Origin: Candidatus Poribacteria bacterium
Lineage (GTDB): Bacteria; Poribacteria; WGA-4E; UBA9662
Assembly: GCA_046582655.1 (NCBI GenBank)
Contig: JAYGDX010000279.1
Coordinates: 16,007 to 80,006, forward strand
Direction: 5' to 3'
DNA length: 64,000 bases
In this document: piece by piece, positions 23,990 to 33,902 of the stretch
Position numbering within the stretch: the first letter of the stretch is position 1
Layout: the number at the start of each line of letters is the position of its first letter
Notes under the pieces: generated by a model
The model's input: the letters and a program-made list of their open reading frames with translations, nothing else
What the model was told of the DNA's origin: nothing
Databases searched by the model: none
Made by a program: the position numbers and the translations under genes

Positions 23990-24325
23990 CTATTCCAGCT
24001 CTTTCTTGATATGGTTTTCGACCTCTTCCGTGTCGATTGATTCATGACTATATGTGTGCACGATCAAATTTACTCCGGCCTCGTACATTCGGTGTTGACT
24101 TAAATCTGGTGTCCCTTTCTCAGCTATATATTTTTCTTTGTGGTCGCCTTTCAATACCTCAAGGTTAACACCAGTTTCCAGAAGTTGATCGTCATTTCTT
24201 TCTATATAATTCATTAAATATTGCTTGATTAAATCACGGTTTTTCTCGAAATTATCAAGTAGACATTCGGCAACAAGTTCTGTTCCTGTTTCCGAATCAG
24301 CAGTCTGATGATTCTCATCGTTCAT
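23990..24325 (-). CDS. Hypothetical acidic protein
   Basis: 111 aa ORF with AAGGA upstream; no recognised family. Confidence 0.55.
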   Translation of the reverse strand: MNDENHQTADSETGTELVAECLLDNFEKNRDLIKQYLMNYIERNDDQLLETGVNLEVLKGDHKEKYIAEKGTPDLSQHRMYEAGVNLIVHTYSHESIDTEEVENHIKKELE

Positions 24326-24743
24326 ATTAAACTTTCCTTGGTCACCATAGCACGGTTACTAGAACTTCTCTGGTAAAATTAACCTGAATTCAAAAATCTG
24401 ATTATATTACGAACTTCCCCTGCTGGATCGTGAATAAGCTTCCATCAAAAATTCATGCTATCTATAGTTGTGTCTATTTTTACTGTAATCGTTAGGTGTC
24501 AAAAGTGTCAAATTCTGGGGGTAGGTGTGTAACGTTGTATCAAACGTATACGGCGCGATATTGTTTCTAGAATCTATTGTCAGTGGGAGCCGTTTATGTT
24601 GGTTTGACTTGAAATGGTGGGAGCTAATTCATGATGGTACAAAGGACAAATTGTGTCTGATGTGCATTCATAGAATGGGTTATACTATTAATCGAATATC
24701 ATTAATGGGATCTGGCAGGAAATTCCACTGCTAAGGAAAAAGG

Positions 24744-25819
24744 ATGAAAATTACTAAGATTGAACAGATGCGCGTAGATATTCCCTATTTGGAAAGGATC
24801 CGTCAGCATTTACAAAAGGGCCGGAATCTTGGGAATCGGGCGACAGATGAAGATTTTTAGGCTAATTAGGGCAAATATCTCAAGCAGTGGCATGCGTCTG
24901 AACCACCCACTGTCCGGACATCCATTTACCGGGTACAGACTAACGAAGGGTTAATCGGCATTGGTGAAGGGGCCGATATTCCTGAGTCGCAATTGGTTAG
25001 CTATTTGGGGAAAAGTCCTTTCGAGTTTATAATGAATGATCAGGTTGGACACTTCAAATCGCTTTTTACGATTTAATGGGACAGGCTGTTGGATTGCCAA
25101 TTGCACAGATGCTAGGTCCATCACAGTCGGAGGTTCCCATTGCTTATTGGTCACATTCTTTCCCGCCGAAGATTATGCGACAGGAAACAGAGATAGCGAT
25201 TGAAAGTGGGTTTAAGGCACACAAATTTAAAAGGAGAGCACACACGGATGTTATTGATCAGGTCGAATGCATATTCGAAGTCTGTCCTGAAGACTATGAG
25301 ATAACAATTGATGCTAACTGCACTTTTGGAATTCCTGAACGAGTTATCGAAATTGGTAGACAACTGCAAAAATACCCGCAGGTAAAGTGCTTGGAATCAC
25401 CGATTGATCAGGAAGATGTCGATGGCTATCGTCAACTGAAGGATTCCCTTGGTTATCCGTTGGTAATCCATTTTGGATCTTCTCATCCAACAATTTCGTT
25501 ATCGACAGATACTTATGACTATTACGTCTTGGGTAGCTGGGCGCCTAGTATCATGCGATACGCCAATATTATATCTTCTGCCAATAAGCCGTTTTGGATG
25601 TAGATGGGGTTTACGGGGATATCGGCCGTCTTTATGGCGCATTTGGCCGCTGCAATTCCCAATGCTTCGCTGGCTCATGTTTCGCTTTTCAGACTTCTGG
25701 AACATTCGCTTCTTGCAGAGCCATTGCAGATTTCTAAAGGGAAAGCAAAAGTGCCATCGAAACCGGGGTTCGGTATCGAAATCGATATGGATGCGATTGA
25801 CAAATATCGAGTTGCCTAA
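24744..25819 (+). pseudogene. Mandelate racemase/muconate lactonizing enzyme family pseudogene
   Basis: MKITKIE start; YRVQTNEGLIGIGEG, FYDLMGQAVGLP, KFK, IDAN, ESP, PGFGIEID; in-frame TAG at 24858, 24867 and 25601, frameshift near 25050. Confidence 0.88.
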
Positions 25820-25844
25820 ATTCTCTAGATCTATCGAAAAAATC

Positions 25845-26906
25845 ATGAAGAAGGATGAGGTATCACGTCAGTTCAGTCAACCACAATATAACGATCTCGG
25901 TGCTGATGAAGTCATTGAACCAATTTTTCCGCTGGGTATTGTACCAACGATGGAAGCTTGGAAGGAAGAGCGTACCGCCCTTCTCCGTCGCTGGAAGGCG
26001 GTTTTGGGAACTCCGGCTTTTGATAGTTTTGACCGGACACAGGAAGCCGTTGAGATTTTCGAACGACCAACCTATACGGGAACTATCTTCAAACAGGCTA
26101 CGGGGCCAGATACGCTTCAAACGCTGTTGTTGATGGAGCCGAAGCTGGTCACATTATCACCGCGCTCGGGTATAGTGGTTCCATTCTACGATCCAGATCG
26201 AATGGCGGGATTAGATCTAAAAACCCATCAACCTATCGCTGAAACGTCCAGTATCCGGTTTGGGTATCATTTGGTTCAACAAGGATATGTTGTGGTTTGT
26301 ACTGAAGCTTTTCCCTATAACACGGTTCCTGAACCGGAACATAATTTAGGTTTTGCTTGGTGGGAGCAGGCAACCGAAAAGCTGTTGACGGAAAATCCAA
26401 ATTGGACTGGAATCGCCAAGTTGGCGTGGGATACGAGTCTCGCCATTGATCTGCTTTTAGATCAACCTGACATAGATCTAGGGCGGATTGGTGTGATGGG
26501 ACACTCACTCGGAGGGAAAATGGCTTTCTACACCGGTGTTTTTGACCAACGCGTCAAGGTCATTGTCGGATCGGATTTCGGTTTGGGATTCAATTTTACC
26601 AATTGGAATGCGCCTTGGTATCTGGGCAATCAGGTACTCTCACCAGGTTTTACTCTTGCGCACCATCACCTTCTTGCCTTGTGTGCGCCTCGGTCTTTTT
26701 TCTTAGTCGGTGGGAAAACGGATCGGCCAGCCAGCTGGCAATACATTGCGGAAGCTCGGAAAATCTATCAACTCTATGATAGCAGCGAGTCCATCGGTTT
26801 CGTCGATCATGCTGCCGGGCACTGGCCAACCGAAGAATCATTACGCATCGCTTATCAGTGGCTGGCAGAGCAATTCAATCTAATTCCACAACCTTGGATG
26901 CTCTAG
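25845..26906 (+). CDS. Alpha/beta hydrolase (dienelactone hydrolase / acetylxylan esterase-like)
   Basis: RIGVMGHSLGGK nucleophile elbow, ALCAPRSF, terminal GH; ATG 25845. Confidence 0.85.
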   Translation: MKKDEVSRQFSQPQYNDLGADEVIEPIFPLGIVPTMEAWKEERTALLRRWKAVLGTPAFDSFDRTQEAVEIFERPTYTGTIFKQATGPDTLQTLLLMEPKLVTLSPRSGIVVPFYDPDRMAGLDLKTHQPIAETSSIRFGYHLVQQGYVVVCTEAFPYNTVPEPEHNLGFAWWEQATEKLLTENPNWTGIAKLAWDTSLAIDLLLDQPDIDLGRIGVMGHSLGGKMAFYTGVFDQRVKVIVGSDFGLGFNFTNWNAPWYLGNQVLSPGFTLAHHHLLALCAPRSFFLVGGKTDRPASWQYIAEARKIYQLYDSSESIGFVDHAAGHWPTEESLRIAYQWLAEQFNLIPQPWML

Positions 26907-26988
26907 GCGAGTATCATATTTTGCTACAGTTTTTAGCGGGGAAACTAACTGGGGGAATTGTATTTTTCACTTAACCAAATCAAGCCGA

Positions 26989-27588
26989 TCAAAAAATTGG
27001 CCTGAAAATCTCGTATTCGGTGTCTTGAACCATGTGATTCCATTTCTTCCAGATATCTTGGGCGTGTTCCTTGCTTTGGCAGATATCAATAAAAGCATGT
27101 ATCCATTTGTTTACGAAATCATATGCTGGTAGAATATCCCAGAAGTTTTCGAATTCTGATTCTGGCCCAAAACGTTCCAAAGCTTCTAAGTGGACATCCT
27201 TGGTTTCAAGGGAACAAATAATATCCCATTTTTTTGTTCCTAACATCTTGTATGTGCTGATATCAGTCACAACATTAGCTGGTTCAAAGTACTGTTGGTA
27301 CATAGAGAGAGCTTCTTCGCGGTGTTCTGTTATAAACGATATTCTGTACTGAATCCGCCACAATTTTTTTGATGTGCGCGTTCTTAGTTGATCTATTGAA
27401 TTGTGATCAATATGGATGCATCCTCCGTATCCTAAATCAATAAGTGCATTGATTTCGGTCAATCGGAACCTCAGTGGATCTTCAAGTTTTTGAGCGAATG
27501 CTTGACGGCTAATACCTAAATCTTCAGCTACTCTTTTCTTTTTGCTTCTCAGTTTCTCTTTTAATCCGATGTTGTCAACCCTAATCAT
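26989..27588 (-). CDS. Cro-like HTH domain protein with unknown C-terminal domain
   Basis: KKRVAEDLGISRQAFAQKLEDPLRFRLTEI HTH. Confidence 0.7.
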   Translation of the reverse strand: MIRVDNIGLKEKLRSKKKRVAEDLGISRQAFAQKLEDPLRFRLTEINALIDLGYGGCIHIDHNSIDQLRTRTSKKLWRIQYRISFITEHREEALSMYQQYFEPANVVTDISTYKMLGTKKWDIICSLETKDVHLEALERFGPESEFENFWDILPAYDFVNKWIHAFIDICQSKEHAQDIWKKWNHMVQDTEYEIFRPIF

Positions 27589-28157
27589 AATATACTTTGA
27601 CCAAGCTTTCTTTGGCTAGAATTTAATGTATCTCAGCCACGTTGCGACGGTGATTGGAATCCACTGATGTTACCTTAATTGGATGTATATTGCAAGTTAA
27701 TTAACATGTTTGGCATGTTGTTTAAATATAGTTTTCTATACTCACCTTAGGTGGCTTTGATATTGGCTTATGTTTAATTTTAGTCACGATATGAGAATTC
27801 ATGTTTACTTGATTCTACAAATATGATATTGTAGCTCCTATGTGTATGCGGGTTTGTTTTTCCTGTTAAAAATTTTATGATAGGGAGATCGTGGATTTAT
27901 AAGATTCTTACGTGGATTGATACCATTGTATGTACTAGTCGCAGATTAAGGTTTCTCGTTCGTCGATGTTCAGGATAAGCTGTCGGTTGATTAGGGGATA
28001 TAAGAGTTCCTATTTAAGTTTAGAGACAGTATCTGGTTTCAAAGTTAAAGTTAGGTAACTTCAAGGCTGCCCCGTTGAATCTGTAATCTAGGAGAAGCTT
28101 GATAAAAGGAAAGTTAATCTGTTAAATACTGCTAATTAAACTGTCTTCTTAAACCAC

Positions 28158-28190
28158 AAAATAGCCCTGGTAGACTGCCGGGGCTATTTT
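28158..28190 (+). terminator. Intrinsic-terminator-like hairpin in the leader of the DUF6785-like gene
   Basis: AAAATAGCCCTGG-TAGACTG-CCGGGGCTATTTT, A/T tracts on both sides, 42 nt before ATG 28233. Confidence 0.6.
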
Positions 28191-28232
28191 ATTGAGAGAT
28201 TTGGATTATTAATAAAAATCAAACTTTATGAG

Positions 28233-30161
28233 ATGAAAGAAGCGTCACGGGTTCAAACGGCCCGAATTTCGATCAAATCTATATTATTCGGTCTGTTGTT
28301 GATGCCGTTGTGCGTGTACTTGGTGGCTCTTGAGGAGATGATCTGGCACTCATTACACTGGTCATCGATGTCTCTTCCCCAAATCTCCGTTTTTTTTCTT
28401 TTTGTATTGATTATAGTTAACAAAATTGCCAGTCGGATTTTATGCAAGGAATTGTTTTCCCGCAGTGAGTTACTGATGATCTATGTGATCATCTCTACGA
28501 CCTTGGCTTTTACCGCACACGACAACATGGTGTGTTTGATGGGTGTTCTTCCACATGCTACTTTCTTCGCGACTGCCGAGAACGACTGGATCAATCTTTT
28601 TTACCAGTATCTACCGGATTGGCTGGTCATCCGTGATGACAAAACCGCCTATTATTTTTATAAAGGTGAATCGGCATTCTGGTCAACAGGTTTTTACCGA
28701 TTCTGGATTAAGCCGGCCATCGCGTGGTCTTTTCTGATCAGCCTACTTTTTTTTATGCTTCTTTGCATCAGTACTATCCTGCGGAAACAGTGGATCGAAA
28801 GCGAACGGCTTGCTTATCCTATTATTCAGATTCCTTTGGAAATGACTGATTCCACCTCTGGTTTTTTTCAGAACCGAGTTATGTGGATAGGGTTCAGCGT
28901 AGCAGGTGCTATCAGCTTGATTAACGGACTCAGCTTCATTTATCCTAATATTCCTCGATTCCCAATTAAAGAAGCAAATTATGATCTATCTAATTATTTC
29001 ACGCATGCGCCTTGGAATTCGCTCGGAACCATGCCGCTTCGGTTTTATCCTTTTTTAATTGGTCTTTCCTTTTTGATACCATTGGATCTTACCTTCTCAA
29101 CATGGTTTTTCTATCTGTTCCGAAAATTGGAGAGGCTGATAGGCGCTACGATGGGGTGGAACATTCCCAAATATCCATTCTTTGGTGAACAAGCGACGGG
29201 AGCGATGATAGGTCTTTGCTTAACTGCTATCTACTTGGGACGATGGCACTTGGTAGAAGTTTTTAGGAAAGTGATTGGTCTTGATTCTACGCTTGATGAC
29301 AAAGATGAACCAATGGGCTATCGAACTGCGGTGTTATCTTTTCTCGGCGGGATGGTTGTTCTGATGATTTTCTGTGGCCATCTGGGAATGTCTCAATGGT
29401 TGGTACCATTATTCTTTGGGCTCTATTTTGTCATTGCTATTGCTATGACACGAATGCGGGCTGAGGTTGGACCTCCATTGCACGCAATTGTCTTGGTGAA
29501 TCCGCAAATTATTTTGGTTACGGGGCTTGGTACTCGTAAACTGGGTACCGCAAATTTAACCATGTTTTCGCTTTTTTACTGGTTTAATCGATTAAACCGA
29601 AGCCATCCAATGCCTCATCAGTTGGAAGCGTTCAAAATCGCCGAACGAACGGGGGCCAATACCAGTCGCCTATTCTGGGCTATGATGTTGGCTCTGGTTG
29701 TTGGCGTGTTATTGACATTCTGGATATTTCCGTACACACTTTATAGATACGGAGCGACAACCGCTGGGGAATTGTTGGGTGCAGGTTCGCAAGCATATAG
29801 CAGCTTAAGCGGTTGGTTACAACATCCAAACCCTCCGGATTATGTCAGTAGTAGTGTGATTGGTGTGTCATTCCTCTTTTCAATAGGAATGATGTGGATG
29901 CGAATGCGGTTTTTGCGGTTTCCGTTTCATCCTGCTGGATATGTTCTCGGTGTCAGTTCCGGTACCATCGACGTTTATTGGTTTGCCCTTTTCGTTTGTT
30001 GGTTAGCAAAACTTCTGATTCTTCGACATGGTGGTGTTAGATCTTACCGTAAAGTCTTGCCATTCTTTATGGGATTGGTACTGGGGGATTTTGTTGTGGG
30101 CTGTTATTGGGGATTGCTCAGTATTGTTATTGGTGTACCACTGTATACGACTTGGTTTTAG
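28233..30161 (+). CDS. DUF6785/DUF6784-like polytopic membrane protein (putative transporter)
   Basis: ILRKQWIESERLAYPIIQIP, RMRAEVGPP, PMPHQLEAFK, FPFHPAGY, PFFMGLVLGD; many TM helices. Confidence 0.8.
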   Translation: MKEASRVQTARISIKSILFGLLLMPLCVYLVALEEMIWHSLHWSSMSLPQISVFFLFVLIIVNKIASRILCKELFSRSELLMIYVIISTTLAFTAHDNMVCLMGVLPHATFFATAENDWINLFYQYLPDWLVIRDDKTAYYFYKGESAFWSTGFYRFWIKPAIAWSFLISLLFFMLLCISTILRKQWIESERLAYPIIQIPLEMTDSTSGFFQNRVMWIGFSVAGAISLINGLSFIYPNIPRFPIKEANYDLSNYFTHAPWNSLGTMPLRFYPFLIGLSFLIPLDLTFSTWFFYLFRKLERLIGATMGWNIPKYPFFGEQATGAMIGLCLTAIYLGRWHLVEVFRKVIGLDSTLDDKDEPMGYRTAVLSFLGGMVVLMIFCGHLGMSQWLVPLFFGLYFVIAIAMTRMRAEVGPPLHAIVLVNPQIILVTGLGTRKLGTANLTMFSLFYWFNRLNRSHPMPHQLEAFKIAERTGANTSRLFWAMMLALVVGVLLTFWIFPYTLYRYGATTAGELLGAGSQAYSSLSGWLQHPNPPDYVSSSVIGVSFLFSIGMMWMRMRFLRFPFHPAGYVLGVSSGTIDVYWFALFVCWLAKLLILRHGGVRSYRKVLPFFMGLVLGDFVVGCYWGLLSIVIGVPLYTTWF

Positions 30162-30181
30162 CTGGGGACTCAACCGAAAAG

Positions 30182-31876
30182 TTAGGTAATACGGTCAAAA
30201 TAGGGTTTTAGATCGAGTTGATTCAATCCTACAAGTTGACGGTCTTTTTCTCTGCGAAGTTTTACCTCAACGGCATTTTCCTGAAGTGTACGGTTGCTGA
30301 TAGCAATTCGAACTGGTAAACCGATCAAGTCTGCTTCCTTAAATTTAAAGCCGGCACTTTCGTTCCGGTCGTCGTAAAGTACCTCATATCCGTTGTTTTG
30401 CAGGTTCTTATATAGAGTTTCTGCCGTTTCGATTACTTGATTGTCTTTGCCTATTGGCATTAGATGAATCTGGTATGGACAGATTGAGACCGGAAAGATT
30501 ATTCCGTCTTTATCATGGTTGGCTTCTATCACGCTGGCTAGTAATCGACCCACGCCAATTCCGTAGCATCCCATGACAATCGGCTTTGTTTTGCCATGTT
30601 GATCAAGATAATAGGCGCTCATGACTTCACTATATCTGGTTCCGAGCTTGAAGATATTTCCAACCTCAATACCTTTTTTAGCCGTCAACTGACCACCGGT
30701 GAAATAGCAGGTGTCTCCGTCCTGAGCTAAGGCGATATCCGTAACAATGTCTGCCTTAAAATCACGTGGATAATTGACGTTTTTTAAATGATATCCTGGT
30801 TTGTTGGCCCCGGCAACCAGGTTCGTGGTGCTGGCAACGGAGTCATCTATAATTACTGTTACGTTTTTAAGATTTATTGGTGATGCGTAGCCAGCCACAA
30901 GGTGATGCTGTGCGACTTCCTCTTTAGTAGCAATGCGAATTGGGGTTTTGAGAGCATTGGCCAATTTGGTCTCATTGACTTCAAAATCCCCACGGATAGC
31001 GGCAAAAATCAGGCTGTCATCCGTGACATAAAAAACTGCCTTCAGTGTCTGTTTTTTTTGAATTCCCAAAAATTGAGAAACCTCTTCAATTGTTTTTTGT
31101 TCCGGTGTTTCAATCTCTTCAATCTGAAGAGGATCCCCGTTGTCCATTCTAGGTTTTCTTTGAATGGCAACTTCAGCATTGGCCGTATACTCACCATTTT
31201 GGCTGATGATCAGGTTATCTTCGCCTGATTCTGTGATGAGCATGAATTCGTGTGCGGCGGAACCTCCGATCATGCCGGTGTCTGATTCAACCACCACGAC
31301 CTCAATACCCGTCCGATTAAAAATGTTGAGATAGGCTTGATATATCCGTTCATAATACTGGTCAAGATCGGTTTGATCTACATGGAAGCTGTAAGCATCC
31401 TTCATCATGAATTCGCGGACACGGATTAGCCCTGCTCTCGGACGGGGTTCATCGCGGAACTTTAGCTTTATCTGGTATAGCATTAGCGGCAGTTGCCGAT
31501 ACGAATTAACTTGATTTCGAACCAGATCTGTGACGGCTTCCTCATGCGTCATCGCCAGAACTAGGTTTCGACCAAATCGATCTTTGAATCCCACTAGTTC
31601 TTTGCCAACAAGTGGTTCAAGCCGACCGCTCTCAGCCCACAATTCTGCTGGATGAACTAGTGGCATATTGATCTCTTGGCCGTCGATTGCGTCCATTTCT
31701 TGACGGATGATCTGTTCAATTTTCTGTAGCGAGCGTTGTGCCAAAGGAAGGTGGCTGTACATACCTGTGGCTAAACGACGGATCATGCCCGCTCTCAGCA
31801 TGAGTTGATGGCTTGGAATCTTGGCTTCGGATGGCGTTTCCTTCAACGTTTGGGTGAAAATCCTTGACATTCTCAT
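30182..31876 (-). CDS. proS: Proline--tRNA ligase
   Basis: SHQLMLRAGMIR, THEE, KFRDEPRPRAGLIRVREF, GIEVGNIFKLGTRYS, MGCYGIGVGR; INS editing domain. Confidence 0.98.
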   Translation of the reverse strand: MRMSRIFTQTLKETPSEAKIPSHQLMLRAGMIRRLATGMYSHLPLAQRSLQKIEQIIRQEMDAIDGQEINMPLVHPAELWAESGRLEPLVGKELVGFKDRFGRNLVLAMTHEEAVTDLVRNQVNSYRQLPLMLYQIKLKFRDEPRPRAGLIRVREFMMKDAYSFHVDQTDLDQYYERIYQAYLNIFNRTGIEVVVVESDTGMIGGSAAHEFMLITESGEDNLIISQNGEYTANAEVAIQRKPRMDNGDPLQIEEIETPEQKTIEEVSQFLGIQKKQTLKAVFYVTDDSLIFAAIRGDFEVNETKLANALKTPIRIATKEEVAQHHLVAGYASPINLKNVTVIIDDSVASTTNLVAGANKPGYHLKNVNYPRDFKADIVTDIALAQDGDTCYFTGGQLTAKKGIEVGNIFKLGTRYSEVMSAYYLDQHGKTKPIVMGCYGIGVGRLLASVIEANHDKDGIIFPVSICPYQIHLMPIGKDNQVIETAETLYKNLQNNGYEVLYDDRNESAGFKFKEADLIGLPVRIAISNRTLQENAVEVKLRREKDRQLVGLNQLDLKPYFDRIT

Positions 31877-31885
31877 GAGAATCCC

Positions 31886-32947
31886 TTAACTTGTTGTTAC
31901 TGCGTCTGCTATCATGTCACCAATTTCGGAAGTGGCGTATCCCATCCTACCAGCTCCAAAATCCTTGATCTTTTGACTAGCAAGTAAGTCGATGATCGCG
32001 TTTTCAACTAATACGGCAGCTTCGGGTTCACCGATATGGTCGAGCATCATACCAGACGCTGCAATTGCCGCAATTGGATTGATTTTATTTTCTCCAGTGT
32101 ATTTGGGGGCGGAACCGTGAATGGGTTCAAACATTCCAACCTGGCCGGGATGCAAATTTCCGGAAGCAGCTATCCCCATTCCTCCTTGAATAATCGCACC
32201 GAGGTCTGTGATGATGTCGCCGAACATATTACAGGTCACGATTACGTCAAACCATTCTGGATTCTTAACCATCCACATAGTGGTTGCGTCAACAAGGGCA
32301 TGATCTTTTTCAATCTCTGGGTATTCTTCACCAACCTCATCGAAGGTCCTTTGCCACAATTCGTGCGCGTAAGTCAAAACGTTGCGTTTATCGCAAACTG
32401 TGAGTTTGTTCTCTTTGTTTCTTTTCTTGGTATACTCAAAAGCGTAACGGATACAACGTTCAACGCCTTTGCGTGTATTAATCATCTGTTGGATTGCAAC
32501 TTCGTCTGGTGTGCCGCGTTTCAGAAAACCACCTATTCCTGCATAGAGTCCTTCCGTGTTTTCTCGCACAATAACAAAGTCAATGTCTTCGGGGCCTTTG
32601 TCTTTGATCGGCGTTTCTACGCCTGGATACAGTTTTACAGGTCGCAGATTAATGTATAAGTCTAATTCGAAACGGACTTTCAGAAGAATTCCTTTTTCCA
32701 GAATACCTGGTTTTACGTCAGGGTGCCCGATAGCCCCCAGGTATATGGCATCTGCCGATCGGAATTCATCGATTGCTGAATCGGGCAAGATATCACCAGT
32801 TTTAAGGTAGCGATCACCACCAAAATCGGTTTCAGTAAGTTGATATGTGAAACCAATTTTTTTGGAAGCAGCGTCGAAAACCTTGATCGCTTCGTTGGTC
32901 ACCTCAGGTCCAATCCCGTCGCCGGGAATAGTTACAATTTGGTACAT
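31886..32947 (-). CDS. leuB: 3-isopropylmalate dehydrogenase
   Basis: [47 protein letters not shown] 32947 after GGAGG. Confidence 0.9.
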   Translation of the reverse strand: MYQIVTIPGDGIGPEVTNEAIKVFDAASKKIGFTYQLTETDFGGDRYLKTGDILPDSAIDEFRSADAIYLGAIGHPDVKPGILEKGILLKVRFELDLYINLRPVKLYPGVETPIKDKGPEDIDFVIVRENTEGLYAGIGGFLKRGTPDEVAIQQMINTRKGVERCIRYAFEYTKKRNKENKLTVCDKRNVLTYAHELWQRTFDEVGEEYPEIEKDHALVDATTMWMVKNPEWFDVIVTCNMFGDIITDLGAIIQGGMGIAASGNLHPGQVGMFEPIHGSAPKYTGENKINPIAAIAASGMMLDHIGEPEAAVLVENAIIDLLASQKIKDFGAGRMGYATSEIGDMIADAVTTS

Positions 32948-33077
32948 GCAAAACCCTCCAAAGGTTGGGGTCAAAAACCAGATTCTACCATTTATTGTGG
33001 CGTTAGAACAAGCTTTTTATAGTTGTAAGAATTTAAGATATGATATGATAATCCATCAGAAAATCAGGAGTTAGGAA

Positions 33078-33629
33078 ATGGGGAAAAAAGTTAATCAAAC
33101 ACATATTACCCTGACGCAAGGAGATATCACCCAGCAACACGTTTCGGCAATTACAAACGCTGCTAACTCAAGGCTTGCTGGCGGGGGAGGGGTCGATGGT
33201 GCTATCCATCGTGCCGGAGGACCAGCAATTATGACTGAATGCGATCAGATCCGTCAAGAGCGGGGTGGTTGTCCGACAGGACAAGCTGTTATTACCACTG
33301 GCGGAGATCTCTACGCAGATTATGTCATCCACACGGTTGGTCCTGTTTGGGAGGGGGGTAAGTCCAGTGAACCGGAACTGCTAGCGAGTTGCTATCGTCA
33401 GAGTTTGAAATTAGCAGTAGAAAATGGGATCAAGACGATTGCCTTTCCTTCAATTAGTACTGGTGTTTACGGCTATCCAATGGAAAAAGCTGCAGTTGTT
33501 GCTATTGAAGCAGTCACACTGTTTCTGAAAGAGAATGAAAGGTTCTCAGAGGTAAGATTCGTACTGTTTAATGCAGATGATTTAAAGCAGTACCAACGAT
33601 TGTTTTTGTCAAATCAGCCAAAAATATAA
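33078..33629 (+). CDS. Macro domain O-acetyl-ADP-ribose deacetylase (YmdB-like)
   Basis: GDIT, NAAN..LAGGGGVDGAIHRAGG, VIHTVGP, IAFPSISTGVYGYP. Confidence 0.95.
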   Translation: MGKKVNQTHITLTQGDITQQHVSAITNAANSRLAGGGGVDGAIHRAGGPAIMTECDQIRQERGGCPTGQAVITTGGDLYADYVIHTVGPVWEGGKSSEPELLASCYRQSLKLAVENGIKTIAFPSISTGVYGYPMEKAAVVAIEAVTLFLKENERFSEVRFVLFNADDLKQYQRLFLSNQPKI

Positions 33630-33661
33630 AGGCCGAAACGATGTTAGCAAATAGCTTCAGA

Positions 33662-33745
33662 TGCCGAGAAAGGGACTCGAACCCTTACGGGCATACGCCC
33701 ACTAGATCCTGAATCTAGCTTGTCTACCAATTCCAACACCTCGGC
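33662..33745 (-). tRNA. tRNA-Leu(CAG)
   Basis: GCCGAGG acceptor stem, TGGTAGAC D-loop, CTAGA-TTCAGGA-TCTAG anticodon arm, long variable arm, GGTTCGAGTCC T-arm; CCA not encoded. Confidence 0.97.
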
Positions 33746-33759
33746 TAAAAAACACTTGG

Positions 33760-33789
33760 AGTTTATCCCAAAAACCCGAAGATTGTCAA
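33760..33789 (-). promoter_or_regulatory. Sigma70-type promoter for tRNA-Leu
   Basis: TTGACA-18 nt-TAAACT on the minus strand. Confidence 0.6.
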
Positions 33790-33821
33790 GCCTTTTTACC
33801 TTGTTGAGCTTGAGTTTGTCG

Positions 33822-33850
33822 TTGACATTTCTGGTATTCCTTGTTATATT
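33822..33850 (+). promoter_or_regulatory. Sigma70-type promoter
   Basis: TTGACA-17 nt-TATATT with extended -10 TG, upstream of ORF 33903. Confidence 0.7.
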
Positions 33851-33902
33851 GCTTTAAGTATCAGGTTATTCGGTTTAACTGAGATTGGAGCTCAAATTAA
33901 TT

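Noticed and set aside
24858..25603. Three in-frame TAG codons at plausible Gln positions, suggesting TAG reassignment or pyrrolysine
   Set aside because: The same gene also has a frameshift, and intact genes (xylA, cstA, gdhA) end in TAG; CAG>TAG decay is the simpler explanation
25473..25844. N-terminal extension of ORF 25473..26906
   Set aside because: It overlaps the enolase-family pseudogene in another frame; the start at 25845 is more plausible
28040..28090. Cobalamin riboswitch (GCTGCCCC...CTGTAA resemblance)
   Set aside because: The AGGGAA/GGTG core and B12 box were not found
33662..33745. Prophage or island integrated at tRNA-Leu
   Set aside because: No integrase, no duplicated tRNA 3' end seen, and the flanking genes are housekeeping
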